A stretch of DNA of 64,000 bases from Escherichia coli (GCF_030384885.1 NZ_CP128613.1), one strand, 5' to 3'; positions 1 through 13,201 are shown, numbered from the stretch's first letter. Notes: generated by a model not told the origin, from the letters alone. Numbers and translations are program-made.

Positions 1-510
1 GCGTGTTGCCAGTTCTCTGGCGCGGTTTCTAACCCCTGATAAACCACTCCGCGATACTTTTCTTCGGCGACAAGCTGACGAAATGCATATTCGCGTTCAG
101 TGGCCCAACGTTTGCCGCTGGATTCCGGAAGACCATAAAAAGCAAAGCGGTTAACGCCTTTCTCTTTTAAATGCAAAAATGCGCTTTCAACCAGTGCATA
201 GTTATCGGTGGCAATGTAATGAACGGGTGGGTAACTTTCGGCAAGGTGATACGAGCCACCAACCCCAACAATGGGGACGTCGACATCAGCTAGCGCTTGC
301 TCGATTTGTTTGTCGTCGAAGTCGGCAATGACGCCATCTCCTAACCAGTCCTTGATTTTATCAATGCGGGCGCGGAAATCTTCTTCAATGAAAATATCCC
401 ATTCCGATTGTGACGCCTGTAAATATTCCCCTACGCCTTCTACTACCTGACGGTCATAGGCTTTATTAGCATTGAACAGCAATGTGATGCGGTGACGTTT
501 AGTAAACATG
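1..510 (-). CDS. xylR: XylR xylose operon transcriptional activator (AraC family), N-terminal part; 3' end lies beyond window start
   Basis: Minus-strand ORF starting at ATG 510 with recognisable XylR N-terminus (MFTKRHRITLLFNANKAYDRQVVEGVGEYL...); position downstream of xylH as in xylFGHR. Confidence 0.85.
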
Positions 511-586
511 GTTCTTTTCCTGCTGAATCATGCAAAAACTCAAAACCGGTAATAAGTTACCGGTTTTGAGAAAATTTTTATCAAAA

Positions 587-1768
587 TCAAGAACGGCGTT
601 TGGTTGCGGAGTCCATCCATACTGCCAGCAACAGAATCGCACCTTTAACGATATACTGCCAGAAGGTCGGTACATCCATCATACTCATGCCGTTATCCAG
701 TGAAGCCATGATGAATGCCCCCATTACCGCTCCAGCCACGCTCCCGACGCCGCCTGCCAGACTGGTGCCGCCAATCACACATGCTGCAATTGCGTCCAGC
801 TCGGCGATATTTCCCGCAGAAGGTGAACCAGCGCCAAGTCGAGAACTGAGGATTAATCCGGCGATGGCTACCATTAATCCGTTAATAGCGAACACGGCAA
901 GTTTGGTGCGTTCAACGTTAATCCCGGAGAGCCGTGCTGCTTCCAGATTGCCGCCGATGGCATAAATGCGTCTTCCAAATGCCGTCCGCGTTGCCATAAA
1001 CATTCCGCCGAGTAACAGCAACGTCAGCAGCAGAACAGGAGTGGGAACGCCACGGTAATCATTCAAAAGCCAGATTGCGCCTAAGACGATAATCGCCGTT
1101 AATGCCTGGCGGCCGACAACTGCGGTAGAGGCCGGAGACTGCAAACCCAAAGCCTGACGGCGCATTCTTCCGCGCCATTGCCAGCCAACAAAAGCCATTA
1201 AGCCAAGCGCGCCAATGATGAAGCCGGTGCTTGCAGGTAGATAGCTTTGCCCAATTTGTGACATCGCGGCACTGGTGGGGGAAACCGTCGTGCCGTTGGT
1301 GATGCCAATGAGTATGCCGCGAAATGCCAACATGCCCGCAAGGGTGACAATAAATGAAGGGACTTTGCGGTACGCGACCCACCATCCGTTCCAGGCACCG
1401 AGAAGCAGTCCCAGAACCAACGTCACAATGATGGTAAGTGGCAAAGGCCAGCCTAGCCAGACGTCACAAATCGCCGCGACGCCACCTAATAGCCCCATCA
1501 TTGAGCCGACGGAAAGGTCGATTTCAGCAGAAATTATGACGAACACCATTCCTACCGCGAGGATGCCGGTAATCGCGGTCTGGCGTAACAGGTTGGAGAC
1601 GTTACGGGCGCTTAAGTAGGCACCATCGGTGGTCCAGGTAAAGAACAGCATGATTGCGATGATAGCTGCAATCATCACGAAGACCTGCAAATTCAGTGAC
1701 TTCAGCCCGGAAAAGCCACCGGATGTCGGTACGGCCAATTTCACTTCAGACGGATTGCTTTTCGACAT
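587..1768 (-). CDS. xylH: Xylose ABC transporter permease
   Basis: 393 aa polytopic membrane ORF; synteny xylF-xylG-xylH; overlaps xylG 3' end by 23 nt. Confidence 0.95.
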
Positions 1769-3287
1769 GATGTTCGCTCCTCAATGCGGCTTCCATCACC
1801 TGCTCCTGAGTCAGGTTATGATTTATCAGGTTGGCTTTTAGTTTCCCTTCATGCATCACCAGTACACGATCGCTAAGGCCGAGCACTTCAGGTAATTCGG
1901 AAGAGATGACAATAACGGCAATACCCTGCTGGACGAGTTGGTTAATTAATTTGTAGATCTCGTATTTCGCGCCAATATCGATACCCCTGGTAGGTTCATC
2001 AAGAATGAGAATGCGCGGGTTGAGTAACAGACAGCGAGCGAGGATCGCTTTTTGCTGATTGCCGCCGCTCAAACGTCCAATAGCAAGGTCGGGGGACGAC
2101 GTTTTAACTTTGAGTTGCTGGATTGATTCCAGAATACATTTTTGCTCTGCCGCGTCATCAAGCTGGCTAATACCGCCGGTAAATTTATTGAGTGCGGCGA
2201 GGGTAATATTTTTACCAACCGCCATTACCGGAACGATGCCGTCGCGCTTTCTGTCTTCGGGTACCATCGCAATCCCCTGGGCGATGGCTTGCTGACAGTT
2301 ACGAATATCTACCTGTTTGCCATCAATATAAATTTTTCCTTCCCATTGTCCGGGCCACACGCCAAACAGGCACTGAATGGTCTCGGTACGTCCGGCACCA
2401 ACGAGTCCGGCAATACCCAGTATTTCGCCACGTTTCAGGGAAAACGAGACATCATTAACTCGTTTAATATGACGATTAACCGGATGCCATGCCGTCAGAT
2501 GTTCAATACGTAATATTTCATCTCCGGTGGTATGTGGTTCATTAGGGTAAAGCGCGGTTAACTCTCGCCCGACCATCATGGTGATAATATCGTCTTCACT
2601 CATTCCGGCAGCATCACGCGTACCAATGTGCTGACCGTCGCGAATAACGCAAATCGTATCGGAAATCGCTTTGACTTCGTTGAGCTTGTGCGAAATATAA
2701 ATACAGGCGATACCGTGCTGTTGTAGATCGCGAATAATATCCAGTAAAACCGACGTTTCCTGCTCAGTTAATGAGGCTGTCGGCTCATCGAGAATTAACA
2801 AGCGCACCTGTTTATTAAGTGCCTTAGCAATTTCAACCAGTTGTTGTTGCCCTAGCCCTAAATCGCCAACGCGGGTATCTGGTGAAATAAGTAAACTGAC
2901 CTGTGCGAGCAGCTTCTGACAGCGTAGCGTCATCAGATCATAGTCCATAATACCATTGTGGGTTATTTCGTTACCCAGGAAAATATTTTCCAGTACGGTC
3001 AATTCTTTCACCAGGGCCAATTCCTGGTGAATGATAGCGATACCTTTGCGTTCGGTATCGCGGATGTGACTCGCCTGAATCTCTTCTCCCGCAAAAATAA
3101 TGTCGCCTTCGTAGGAGCCATGGGGATAAATACCACACAGCACTTTCATCAGCGTTGATTTACCAGACCCATTTTCCCCGCAGAGTGAGACGATTTCGCC
3201 GGCATTCAACCGCAAGCTAACGTTATCAATTGCCTTCACACTGCCGAAGGTTTTGGTAATGTTCTTCATTTCAAGTAGATAAGGCAT
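1746..3287 (-). CDS. xylG: Xylose ABC transporter ATP-binding protein (tandem ABC domains)
   Basis: ORF 1746..3323; start placed at internal ATG ([15 protein letters not shown]...) giving 513 aa; two Walker A GxxGxGKST motifs. Confidence 0.95.
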
Positions 3288-3363
3288 AACGACTCCACCT
3301 AAGCCAATTAATTTACACGGCATGGAGAGAAATCACGCCCCGCTCTGTGCCGGGGCGTAACGC

Positions 3364-4356
3364 TTACAGCTCGCTCTCTTTGTGGAATCCGTCTTTAACT
3401 ACCGTATCTTTGATGTTGTTTTTATTCACATCGATCGGTGTCAGCAGGCGGGAGGGAACATCTTTCAGACCATTATTCAGTGTGGTATCTGCTTTTGGTT
3501 CCTGACCATTGCCCAACTCAACGGCAATTTCTGCGGCAGTATTTGCCAACAATGTAATAGGTTTATACACCGTCATAGTTTGCGTACCGGCAGCAATACG
3601 TTTAATACCTGCGAGATCCGCATCCTGGCCGGATATTGCTACTTTCCCTGATAAACCTTGCGCACTTAATGCCTGAATTGCCCCACCTGCGGTGGCATCG
3701 TTTGAGGCAACTACAGCATCAATTTTGTTATTATTGGCGGTTAGCGCGTTTTCCATAATTTTCAATGCGTTTTCCGGTAACCAGCCATCAACCCATTGGT
3801 CACCAACGACTTTAATTTTTCCGGAATCAACGTAAGGTTTTAACACTTTCATTTGTCCGGCGCGGAACAGCTTAGCGTTGTTATCTACCGGCGAACCGCC
3901 CATCAGGAAGTAATTACCTTGCGGAACAATATCGACCAGGGCTTTTGCCTGCAGTTCACCGACTTTTTCATTATCGAAAGAAATATAAAAATCGATATCC
4001 GCATCGTTAATCATACGGTCGTAAGCTAATACTTTAATACCTTCTTGTTTGGCTTCTTTTACAACGTTACTTAATACCTGACCGTTATACGGAATAATGA
4101 CAAGAACATCGACACCCCGGTTAATCATGTTTTCAATCTGCGACATTTGTGTTTCTTCATTGCCATTTGCAGACTGTACAAATACTTTCGCGCCGAGAGA
4201 TTCTGCCTTTTTCACAAAGATATCTCGATCTTTTTGCCAGCGTTCAAGACGGAGATCATCAATCGCCATACCTATTTTGACTTCTTTGGCGTGCGCCGCA
4301 ACGTTGGTAAGCAGAAGTGAGGTGCAAAGGGTGAGTAGAATGTTCTTTATTTTCAT
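3364..4356 (-). CDS. xylF: D-xylose periplasmic binding protein
   Basis: ORF 3364..4434; start placed at MKIKNILLTLCTSLL (signal peptide) giving 330 aa. Confidence 0.95.
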   Translation of the reverse strand: MKIKNILLTLCTSLLLTNVAAHAKEVKIGMAIDDLRLERWQKDRDIFVKKAESLGAKVFVQSANGNEETQMSQIENMINRGVDVLVIIPYNGQVLSNVVKEAKQEGIKVLAYDRMINDADIDFYISFDNEKVGELQAKALVDIVPQGNYFLMGGSPVDNNAKLFRAGQMKVLKPYVDSGKIKVVGDQWVDGWLPENALKIMENALTANNNKIDAVVASNDATAGGAIQALSAQGLSGKVAISGQDADLAGIKRIAAGTQTMTVYKPITLLANTAAEIAVELGNGQEPKADTTLNNGLKDVPSRLLTPIDVNKNNIKDTVVKDGFHKESEL

Positions 4357-4434
4357 GGTGTAGGGCCTTCTGTAGTTAGAGGACAGCTTTAATAAGTAAC
4401 AATCACCGCGATAAACGTAACCAATTTTTAGCAA

Positions 4435-4721
4435 CTAAACAGGGGAAAACAATTACAGATTTTTATCTTTCGATTACGATTTTTGGTTTATTTCTTGATT
4501 TATGACAGAGATCTTACTTTTGTTGCGCAATTGTACTTATTGCATTTTTCTCTTCGAGGAATTACCCAGTTTCATCATCCCATTTTATTTTGCGAGCGAG
4601 CGCACACTTGTGAATTATCTCAATAGCAGTGTGAAATAACATAATTGAGCAACTGAAAGGGAGTGCCCAATATTACGACATCATCCATCACCCGCGGCAT
4701 TACCTGATTATGGAGTTCAAT
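4435..4721. promoter_or_regulatory. Divergent xylA / xylF control region (XylR and CRP dependent promoters by established knowledge)
   Basis: 287 bp AT-rich intergenic region between divergently oriented xylF and xylA; individual operator positions not resolved by eye. Confidence 0.6.
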
Positions 4722-6044
4722 ATGCAAGCCTATTTTGACCAGCTCGATCGCGTTCGTTATGAAGGCTCAAAATCCTCTAACCCGTTAGCATTCCGTCACT
4801 ACAATCCCGACGAACTGGTGTTGGGCAAGCGTATGGAAGAGCACTTGCGTTTTGCCGCCTGCTACTGGCACACCTTCTGCTGGAACGGGGCGGACATGTT
4901 TGGTGTGGGGGCGTTTAATCGTCCGTGGCAGCAGCCTGGTGAGGCACTGTCGTTGGCGAAGCGTAAAGCAGATGTCGCATTTGAGTTTTTCCACAAATTA
5001 CATGTGCCATTTTATTGCTTCCACGATGTGGATGTTTCCCCTGAGGGCGCGTCGTTAAAAGAGTACATCAATAATTTTGCGCAAATGGTTGATGTTCTGG
5101 CAGGCAAGCAAGAAGAGAGCGGCGTGAAGCTGCTGTGGGGAACCGCTAACTGCTTTACAAACCCTCGCTACGGCGCGGGCGCAGCGACGAACCCAGATCC
5201 TGAAGTCTTCAGTTGGGCGGCGACGCAAGTCGTTACGGCGATGGAAGCAACCCATAAATTGGGCGGTGAAAACTATGTTCTGTGGGGCGGTCGTGAAGGT
5301 TACGAAACGCTGTTAAATACCGACTTGCGTCAGGAGCGTGAACAACTGGGCCGCTTTATGCAGATGGTGGTTGAGCATAAACATAAAATCGGTTTCCAGG
5401 GCACGTTGCTTATCGAACCGAAACCGCAAGAACCGACCAAACATCAATATGATTACGATGCTGCGACAGTCTATGGCTTCCTGAAACAGTTTGGTCTGGA
5501 AAAAGAGATTAAACTGAACATTGAAGCTAACCACGCGACGCTGGCAGGTCACTCTTTCCATCATGAAATTGCCACCGCCATTGCGCTTGGCCTGTTCGGT
5601 TCTGTCGACGCCAACCGTGGCGATGCACAACTGGGCTGGGACACCGACCAGTTCCCGAACAGTGTGGAAGAGAATGCGCTGGTGATGTATGAAATTCTCA
5701 AAGCAGGCGGTTTCACCACCGGCGGTCTGAACTTCGATGCCAAAGTACGTCGTCAAAGTACTGATAAATATGATCTGTTTTACGGTCATATCGGTGCGAT
5801 GGATACGATGGCGTTGGCGCTGAAAATTGCAGCGCGCATGATTGAAGATGGCGAGCTGGATAAACGCATCGCGAAGCGTTATTCCGGCTGGAATAGCGAA
5901 TTAGGCCAGCAAATCCTGAAAGGCCAAATGTCACTGGCAGATTTAGCCAAATATGCTCAGGAACATAATTTGTCTCCGGTGCATCAGAGTGGTCGCCAGG
6001 AGCAACTGGAAAATCTGGTAAACCATTATCTGTTCGACAAATAA
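4722..6044 (+). CDS. xylA: Xylose isomerase
   Basis: ORF 4710..6044; start at second ATG ([17 protein letters not shown]...) with GGAG RBS 5 nt upstream; 440 aa. Confidence 0.97.
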   Translation: MQAYFDQLDRVRYEGSKSSNPLAFRHYNPDELVLGKRMEEHLRFAACYWHTFCWNGADMFGVGAFNRPWQQPGEALSLAKRKADVAFEFFHKLHVPFYCFHDVDVSPEGASLKEYINNFAQMVDVLAGKQEESGVKLLWGTANCFTNPRYGAGAATNPDPEVFSWAATQVVTAMEATHKLGGENYVLWGGREGYETLLNTDLRQEREQLGRFMQMVVEHKHKIGFQGTLLIEPKPQEPTKHQYDYDAATVYGFLKQFGLEKEIKLNIEANHATLAGHSFHHEIATAIALGLFGSVDANRGDAQLGWDTDQFPNSVEENALVMYEILKAGGFTTGGLNFDAKVRRQSTDKYDLFYGHIGAMDTMALALKIAARMIEDGELDKRIAKRYSGWNSELGQQILKGQMSLADLAKYAQEHNLSPVHQSGRQEQLENLVNHYLFDK

Positions 6045-6115
6045 CGGCTAACTGTGCAGTCCGTTGGCCCGGTTATCGGTAGCGATACCGGGCATTTTTT
6101 TAAGGAACGATCGAT

Positions 6116-7570
6116 ATGTATATCGGGATAGATCTTGGCACCTCGGGCGTAAAAGTTATTTTGCTCAACGAGCAGGGTGAGGTGGTTGCTTCGCAAACGG
6201 AAAAGCTGACCGTTTCGCGCCCGCATCCACTCTGGTCGGAACAAGACCCGGAACAGTGGTGGCAGGCAACTGATCGCGCAATGAAAGCTCTGGGCGATCA
6301 GCATTCTCTGCAGGACGTTAAAGCATTGGGTATTGCCGGCCAGATGCACGGTGCAACCTTACTGGATGCCCAGCAACGGGTATTACGCCCTGCCATTTTG
6401 TGGAACGACGGGCGCTGTGCGCAAGAGTGTACTTTGCTGGAAGCGCGAGTTCCGCAATCACGGGTGATTACCGGTAACCTGATGATGCCCGGATTTACTG
6501 CGCCTAAATTGCTATGGGTTCAGCGGCATGAGCCGGAGATATTCCGTCAAATCGACAAAGTATTATTACCGAAAGATTACTTGCGTCTGCGTATGACGGG
6601 GGAGTTTGCCAGCGATATGTCTGACGCAGCTGGCACCATGTGGCTGGATGTCGCAAAGCGTGGCTGGAGTGACGTCATGCTGCAGGCTTGCCACTTATCT
6701 CGTGACCAGATGCCCGCATTATACGAAGGCAGCGAAATTACTGGTGCTTTGCTACCTGAAGTTGCGAAAGCATGGGGTATGGCGGCAGTGCCAGTTGTCG
6801 CAGGCGGTGGTGATAATGCAGCTGGTGCGATTGGTGTGGGAATGGTTGATGCTAATCAGGCAATGTTATCGCTGGGGACGTCGGGGGTCTATTTTGCTGT
6901 CAGCGAAGGGTTCTTAAGCAAGCCAGAAAGCGCCGTACACAGCTTTTGCCATGCGCTACCGCAGCGTTGGCATTTAATGTCTGTGATGCTGAGTGCAGCG
7001 TCGTGTCTGGATTGGGCCGCGAAATTAACGGGCCTGAACAATGTCCCAGCTTTAATCGCGGCTGCTCAACAGGCTGATGAAAGTGCCGAGCCAGTTTGGT
7101 TTCTGCCTTATCTTTCCGGCGAGCGTACACCACACAATAATCCCCAGGCGAAGGGGGTTTTCTTTGGTTTGACTCATCAACATGGCCCCAATGAACTGGC
7201 GCGAGCAGTGCTGGAAGGCGTGGGTTATGCGCTGGCAGATGGCATGGATGTCGTGCATGCCTGCGGCATTAAACCGCAAAGTGTTACGTTGATTGGTGGC
7301 GGGGCGCGTAGTGAGTACTGGCGTCAGATGCTGGCGGATATCAGCGGTCAGCAACTCGATTACCGCACGGGGGGGGATGTGGGGCCAGCACTGGGCGCAG
7401 CAAGGCTGGCGCAGATTGCGGCGAATCCAGAGAAATCGCTCATTGAGTTGTTGCCACAACTGCCGTTAGAACAGTCGCATTTACCAGATGCGCAGCGTTA
7501 TGCCACTTATCAGCCACGACGTGAAACGTTCCGTCGCCTCTATCAGCAACTTCTGCCATTAATGGCGTAA
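6116..7570 (+). CDS. xylB: Xylulokinase
   Basis: 484 aa ORF, FGGY sugar kinase N-terminus MYIGIDLGTSGVK; directly downstream of xylA. Confidence 0.95.
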   Translation: MYIGIDLGTSGVKVILLNEQGEVVASQTEKLTVSRPHPLWSEQDPEQWWQATDRAMKALGDQHSLQDVKALGIAGQMHGATLLDAQQRVLRPAILWNDGRCAQECTLLEARVPQSRVITGNLMMPGFTAPKLLWVQRHEPEIFRQIDKVLLPKDYLRLRMTGEFASDMSDAAGTMWLDVAKRGWSDVMLQACHLSRDQMPALYEGSEITGALLPEVAKAWGMAAVPVVAGGGDNAAGAIGVGMVDANQAMLSLGTSGVYFAVSEGFLSKPESAVHSFCHALPQRWHLMSVMLSAASCLDWAAKLTGLNNVPALIAAAQQADESAEPVWFLPYLSGERTPHNNPQAKGVFFGLTHQHGPNELARAVLEGVGYALADGMDVVHACGIKPQSVTLIGGGARSEYWRQMLADISGQQLDYRTGGDVGPALGAARLAQIAANPEKSLIELLPQLPLEQSHLPDAQRYATYQPRRETFRRLYQQLLPLMA

Positions 7571-7737
7571 ACGTTATCCCCTGCCTGACCGGGTGGGGGA
7601 TAATTCACATCTATATATATCAGTAATTAATTAATATTTAGTATGAATTTATTCTGAAATCATTTGTTAATGGCATTTTTCAGTTTTGTCTTTCGTTGGT
7701 TACTCGTAATGTATCGCTGGTAGATATGGAGATCGTT

Positions 7738-8079
7738 ATGAAAACCTCAAAGACTGTGGCAAAACTATTATTTGTTGTCGGGGCGCTGGTTTATCTGCTT
7801 GGGCTATGGATCTCATGCCCATTGTTAAGTGGAAAAGGCTATTTTCTTGGCGTGTTAATGACGGCAACTTTTGGCAACTATGCATATCTTCGTGCTGAAA
7901 AACTCGGGCAACTGGATGATTTTTTTATCCATGTCTGCCAGTTGGTAGCGTTAATCACAATCGGTCTCTTGTTTATCGGTGTTTTAAATGCGCCTATCAA
8001 TGCTTATGAAATGGTGATTTATCCCATCGCCTTTTTTGTTTGCTTGTTTGGTCAAATGCGTTTGTTTCGCTCGGCATGA
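7738..8079 (+). CDS. yiaB: Inner membrane protein YiaB (YiaA/B two-helix family)
   Basis: ORF 7696..8079; start at internal ATG with GGAGA RBS gives 113 aa; hydrophobic helices; adjacent to xylB. Confidence 0.8.
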   Translation: MKTSKTVAKLLFVVGALVYLLGLWISCPLLSGKGYFLGVLMTATFGNYAYLRAEKLGQLDDFFIHVCQLVALITIGLLFIGVLNAPINAYEMVIYPIAFFVCLFGQMRLFRSA

Positions 8080-8124
8080 GCAACATAAAGCTCTTACACA
8101 TTCAGGAATGAAAGGAATACTGTG

Positions 8125-8562
8125 ATGGACAACAAAATATCAACCTATTCTCCGGCATTTAGTATTGTGTCATGGATAGCTCTTGTTGGTGGTATCGTTA
8201 CCTATCTATTAGGGCTATGGAATGCAGAGATGCAGTTAAATGAAAAAGGATATTATTTTGCCGTGCTGGTGCTAGGACTGTTTTCTGCGGCATCTTATCA
8301 AAAGACCGTTCGGGACAAGTATGAAGGCATACCGACCACCTCCATTTATTATATGACCTGCCTGACTGTCTTTATTATCTCTGTTGCGTTATTGATGGTA
8401 GGTCTGTGGAATGCGACGTTATTACTCAGCGAAAAAGGTTTTTATGGGCTGGCTTTCTTCTTAAGCTTGTTTGGTGCAGTAGCGGTGCAGAAGAATATTC
8501 GTGATGCCGGAATAAACCCACCAAAAGAAACACAGGTTACCCAGGAAGAATACAGCGAATAA
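8125..8562 (+). CDS. yiaA: Inner membrane protein YiaA (paralog of YiaB)
   Basis: ORF 8122..8562; ATG at 8125 gives 145 aa; tandem paralog of preceding gene. Confidence 0.8.
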
Positions 8563-8603
8563 TTCACATAAGCCCGGTCAGTCCAATGTGACCGGGCTTT
8601 TAT

Positions 8604-9599
8604 TTAACTCACTAGTCTGTTTCTGTCGATTCGTTGTACCAGCATAGAAAGTAACAAACTCGCTGCCAACGTCGCGCAAAAGAGCCAAATAATATCGAGT
8701 ATTGGCCAGTTTTTAAGCTCAATCCCCCGGGTACGCAGTGCATGGATAATCAAGGCGTGGAATCCGTATATACCCAACGAATGGCGGGAGATTAAGCCAA
8801 GTCCGCGAATGGTACGCGTATCCAGCATGTTTTTAACCAGAGTCAATAGCGTGATTGCGCAGATAAAAACCATCGGCCCACAGTAAAGATACCAGGTATC
8901 GGCAAAATTTCCGCGCCACTGCAATTCATATAATGTCCCGCGAGAGATAATAAAAACCCCCGTCGCAAACAGTGCGGCGCACACCCACGACAGTGCTTTA
9001 TGCTGTGTGTCCATCATGCCAACGGCGCGCCCCAACATGCCATACAGGATGTAGTAAAAAGTATCGCCATTGATATATAAGTTAATTGGCAGCCATTCAA
9101 AACCGTCAATTTTCTGCGGCACTGTGTTTGGGTTAGCGATAATACCAATCACCACCATTAGTACCAGCAACATTTTTCCGCCGACGTTCTTCACCTGAAT
9201 CAGCGGTGAAACCAGATAAATCACCGCAATCGCGAAGAAAAACCATAAGTGGTAAAACACTGGCTTTTGCAGCAGGTTTTTCAGCGCTAACTCCACATTG
9301 ATGGAGGTAAACAGCGCAATGTAGAGCAGTGCGATTGCGCTATAAAAAAGCAGACATAAGCCGATACGTAAGAAATGGCGCGGCTGGGCGCTGCGTTCGC
9401 CAAAAAAGAGATAGCCGGAAATCATGAAAAATAGCGGCACGCTGACACGAGAGGCAGAATTCAGAACATTGGCGATATCCCAGGTGACGGGGCTAACACT
9501 ATGAGCATTGGTCACATACCAGGTAGTGGTGTGAATCATCACCACCATTAAACACGCTATACCTCGCAGGTTATCAATCCAGTAAATTTTGGGCTGCAT
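8604..9599 (-). CDS. wecH: O-acetyltransferase WecH (acyltransferase-3 family membrane protein)
   Basis: 331 aa polytopic membrane ORF; synteny between yiaA and ysaB. Confidence 0.85.
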   Translation of the reverse strand: MQPKIYWIDNLRGIACLMVVMIHTTTWYVTNAHSVSPVTWDIANVLNSASRVSVPLFFMISGYLFFGERSAQPRHFLRIGLCLLFYSAIALLYIALFTSINVELALKNLLQKPVFYHLWFFFAIAVIYLVSPLIQVKNVGGKMLLVLMVVIGIIANPNTVPQKIDGFEWLPINLYINGDTFYYILYGMLGRAVGMMDTQHKALSWVCAALFATGVFIISRGTLYELQWRGNFADTWYLYCGPMVFICAITLLTLVKNMLDTRTIRGLGLISRHSLGIYGFHALIIHALRTRGIELKNWPILDIIWLFCATLAASLLLSMLVQRIDRNRLVS

Positions 9600-9773
9600 C
9601 TGTGTCTCTGTATCTGGTTAAAAAAAGTCTGACCGATAAATCATTCGGTTGGCGCACTGGAATAATCTGAGTTTTATCACTACAGCTTATAGAGGCTTAA
9701 GGAAATTCGTAAGATATCAGCCACTATACCGATATAAATAATAAGACTCACCTGCAAACCAGACGGTAATTTA

Positions 9774-10073
9774 ATGATGATGAACTCTTTCTTTCTGGCA
9801 ATGGCGCTTGTAGTGTTAGTGGGATGCTCGACACCGCCACCCGTGCAGAAAGCACAACGGGTAAAGGTTGATCCTCTGCGTTCGTTGAATATGGAAGCGT
9901 TATGCAAGGATCAGGCGGCAAAACGTTATAACACCGGCGAGCAAAAAATCGACGTCACCGCCTTCGAACAGTTCCAGGGAAGCTACGAAATGCGCGGTTA
10001 TACCTTCCGGAAAGAGCAGTTTGTCTGTTCTTTTGACGCGGATGGCCATTTTTTGCATCTTTCCATGCGTTAA
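9774..10073 (+). CDS. ysaB: Small lipoprotein YsaB
   Basis: 99 aa ORF with signal peptide and lipobox-like LVGCS; upstream of glyQ. Confidence 0.75.
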   Translation: MMMNSFFLAMALVVLVGCSTPPPVQKAQRVKVDPLRSLNMEALCKDQAAKRYNTGEQKIDVTAFEQFQGSYEMRGYTFRKEQFVCSFDADGHFLHLSMR

Positions 10074-10167
10074 GCCCTGCTTTTTCCCGTTTCGTACTGT
10101 ATATCTTCCATCCAGCGGGTATACTGATCCCTTCCTTTAAATCCACACGTATCCAGCACGAAATAAT

Positions 10168-11079
10168 ATGCAAAAGTTTGATACCAGGACCTTCCAGGGC
10201 TTGATCCTGACCTTACAGGATTACTGGGCTCGCCAGGGCTGCACCATTGTTCAACCATTGGACATGGAAGTCGGCGCGGGAACCTCTCACCCAATGACCT
10301 GTCTGCGCGCGCTGGGGCCAGAACCGATGGCGGCTGCTTATGTTCAGCCTTCTCGTCGCCCGACCGATGGTCGCTACGGCGAAAACCCCAACCGCTTACA
10401 GCACTACTATCAGTTCCAGGTGGTCATTAAGCCATCGCCGGACAATATTCAGGAGCTGTACCTCGGTTCCCTGAAAGAGCTGGGCATGGATCCGACTATC
10501 CACGATATCCGTTTCGTGGAAGATAACTGGGAAAACCCGACTTTGGGTGCCTGGGGGCTGGGCTGGGAAGTGTGGCTGAACGGCATGGAAGTGACGCAGT
10601 TCACTTACTTCCAGCAGGTTGGTGGTCTGGAGTGTAAACCGGTTACCGGCGAGATCACCTACGGTCTGGAACGTCTGGCCATGTACATTCAGGGCGTAGA
10701 CAGCGTTTACGACCTGGTCTGGAGCGACGGTCCGCTGGGTAAAACCACCTACGGCGACGTGTTCCATCAGAACGAAGTGGAGCAGTCCACTTACAACTTC
10801 GAATACGCGGATGTGGACTTCCTGTTCACCTGCTTCGAGCAATACGAGAAAGAAGCGCAGCAGCTGCTGGCGCTGGAAAATCCGCTGCCGTTGCCAGCCT
10901 ACGAGCGTATTCTGAAAGCCGCCCACAGCTTCAACCTGCTGGATGCGCGTAAAGCCATCTCCGTCACTGAGCGTCAGCGCTATATTCTGCGCATTCGCAC
11001 CCTGACCAAAGCAGTGGCAGAAGCATACTACGCTTCCCGTGAAGCCCTCGGCTTCCCGATGTGCAACAAAGATAAGTAA
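10168..11079 (+). CDS. glyQ: Glycyl-tRNA synthetase alpha subunit
   Basis: 303 aa [28 protein letters not shown]... Confidence 0.97.
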
Positions 11080-11088
11080 GAGGCGGCT

Positions 11089-13158
11089 ATGTCTGAGAAA
11101 ACTTTTCTGGTGGAAATCGGCACTGAAGAGCTGCCACCAAAAGCACTGCGCAGCCTGGCTGAGTCCTTTGCTGCGAACTTTACTGCGGAGCTGGATAACG
11201 CTGGCCTCGCACACGGCACCGTTCAATGGTTTGCTGCTCCGCGTCGTCTGGCGCTGAAAGTAGCTAACCTGGCGGAAGCGCAACCGGATCGTGAAATCGA
11301 AAAACGTGGCCCGGCAATTGCTCAGGCGTTCGATGCTGAAGGTAAACCGAGTAAAGCGGCAGAAGGTTGGGCGCGTGGTTGCGGTATTACCGTTGACCAG
11401 GCTGAGCGTCTGACTACCGATAAAGGCGAATGGCTGCTGTATCGCGCCCACGTGAAGGGCGAAAGCACTGAAGCACTGCTGCCGAATATGGTCGCCACTT
11501 CGCTGGCGAAGCTGCCGATCCCGAAACTGATGCGTTGGGGCGCAAGCGACGTGCACTTCGTGCGTCCGGTTCACACCGTGACCCTGCTGCTGGGCGACAA
11601 AGTCATTCCGGCAACCATTCTGGGCATTCAGTCCGATCGCGTGATTCGCGGCCACCGCTTTATGGGCGAGCCGGAATTTACTATCGACAATGCCGATCAG
11701 TATCCGGAAATTCTGCGCGAGCGCGGGAAAGTTATCGCCGATTACGAAGAACGTAAGGCGAAGATTAAAGCCGATGCCGAAGAAGCCGCGCGTAAGATTG
11801 GCGGTAACGCTGACTTAAGCGAAAGCCTGTTGGAAGAAGTCGCTTCGCTGGTGGAATGGCCGGTTGTGCTGACCGCAAAATTCGAAGAGAAATTCCTCGC
11901 GGTGCCGTCTGAAGCGCTGGTTTACACCATGAAAGGTGACCAGAAATACTTCCCGGTGTATGCGAACGACGGCAAACTGCTGCCGAACTTTATCTTCGTT
12001 GCCAATATCGAATCGAAAGATCCGCAGCAAATTATCTCTGGTAACGAGAAAGTCGTTCGTCCACGTCTGGCGGATGCCGAGTTCTTCTTCAACACCGACC
12101 GTAAAAAACGTCTGGAAGATAATCTGCCGCGCCTGCAAACCGTGTTGTTCCAGCAACAGCTGGGTACACTACGCGACAAAACTGACCGCATCCAGGCGCT
12201 GGCTGGCTGGATTGCTGAACAGATTGGCGCTGACGTTAACCACGCAACCCGTGCGGGCCTGCTGTCTAAGTGTGACCTGATGACTAACATGGTCTTCGAG
12301 TTCACCGACACTCAGGGCGTTATGGGTATGCACTACGCGCGTCACGATGGTGAAGCGGAAGATGTCGCAGTGGCGCTGAACGAGCAGTATCAGCCGCGCT
12401 TTGCCGGTGATGACCTGCCGTCTAACCCGGTAGCCTGTGCGCTGGCGATAGCTGACAAGATGGATACTCTGGCGGGTATCTTCGGTATCGGCCAGCATCC
12501 GAAAGGCGACAAAGACCCGTTTGCGTTGCGTCGTGCCGCACTTGGCGTGCTGCGTATTATCGTTGAGAAGAACCTCAATCTTGACCTGCAAACCCTGACC
12601 GAAGAAGCAGTGCGTCTGTATGGCGATAAGCTGACTAATGCCAACGTGGTTGATGATGTTATCGACTTTATGCTCGGTCGCTTCCGCGCCTGGTATCAGG
12701 ACGAAGGTTACACCGTTGACACCATCCAGGCGGTACTGGCGCGTCGTCCGACTCGTCCGGCTGATTTCGATGCCCGAATGAAAGCGGTATCGCACTTCCG
12801 TACCCTGGATGCAGCTGCAGCACTGGCGGCGGCGAACAAGCGTGTATCTAACATTCTGGCGAAATCTGACGAAGTGCTGAGCGACCGCGTGAATGCCTCT
12901 ACTCTGAAAGAGCCGGAAGAAATTAAACTGGCGATGCAGGTTGTGGTGCTACGTGACAAGCTAGAGCCGTACTTTGCTGAAGGTCGTTACCAGGATGCGC
13001 TGGTCGAACTGGCTGAGCTGCGTGAACCGGTTGATGCCTTCTTCGATAAAGTGATGGTCATGGTTGATGACAAAGAATTGCGAATCAACCGTCTTACCAT
13101 GCTGGAGAAACTGCGCGAATTATTCCTGCGAGTTGCGGATATTTCGCTGTTGCAGTAA
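11089..13158 (+). CDS. glyS: Glycyl-tRNA synthetase beta subunit
   Basis: 689 aa ORF immediately downstream of glyQ. Confidence 0.97.
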   Translation: MSEKTFLVEIGTEELPPKALRSLAESFAANFTAELDNAGLAHGTVQWFAAPRRLALKVANLAEAQPDREIEKRGPAIAQAFDAEGKPSKAAEGWARGCGITVDQAERLTTDKGEWLLYRAHVKGESTEALLPNMVATSLAKLPIPKLMRWGASDVHFVRPVHTVTLLLGDKVIPATILGIQSDRVIRGHRFMGEPEFTIDNADQYPEILRERGKVIADYEERKAKIKADAEEAARKIGGNADLSESLLEEVASLVEWPVVLTAKFEEKFLAVPSEALVYTMKGDQKYFPVYANDGKLLPNFIFVANIESKDPQQIISGNEKVVRPRLADAEFFFNTDRKKRLEDNLPRLQTVLFQQQLGTLRDKTDRIQALAGWIAEQIGADVNHATRAGLLSKCDLMTNMVFEFTDTQGVMGMHYARHDGEAEDVAVALNEQYQPRFAGDDLPSNPVACALAIADKMDTLAGIFGIGQHPKGDKDPFALRRAALGVLRIIVEKNLNLDLQTLTEEAVRLYGDKLTNANVVDDVIDFMLGRFRAWYQDEGYTVDTIQAVLARRPTRPADFDARMKAVSHFRTLDAAAALAAANKRVSNILAKSDEVLSDRVNASTLKEPEEIKLAMQVVVLRDKLEPYFAEGRYQDALVELAELREPVDAFFDKVMVMVDDKELRINRLTMLEKLRELFLRVADISLLQ

Positions 13159-13175
13159 TAACGTCGTTATTAAAA

Positions 13176-13201
13176 AGCCTGCCATCTGGCAGGCTTTTTT
13201 A
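13176..13201 (+). terminator. Rho-independent terminator of glyQS
   Basis: Hairpin agcctgcc-atct-ggcaggct followed by T6 run directly after glyS stop. Confidence 0.6.

Noticed and set aside
10396-12795. Long antisense ORFs (419 aa, 208 aa and others) inside glyQ/glyS, and similar antisense ORFs within bcsA, bcsB, bcsC, dppD and pdeK
   Set aside because: They lie entirely within and opposite to well-supported, highly conserved genes, lack RBSs and have Arg/His/Gln-rich composition typical of antisense frames of GC-rich genes.
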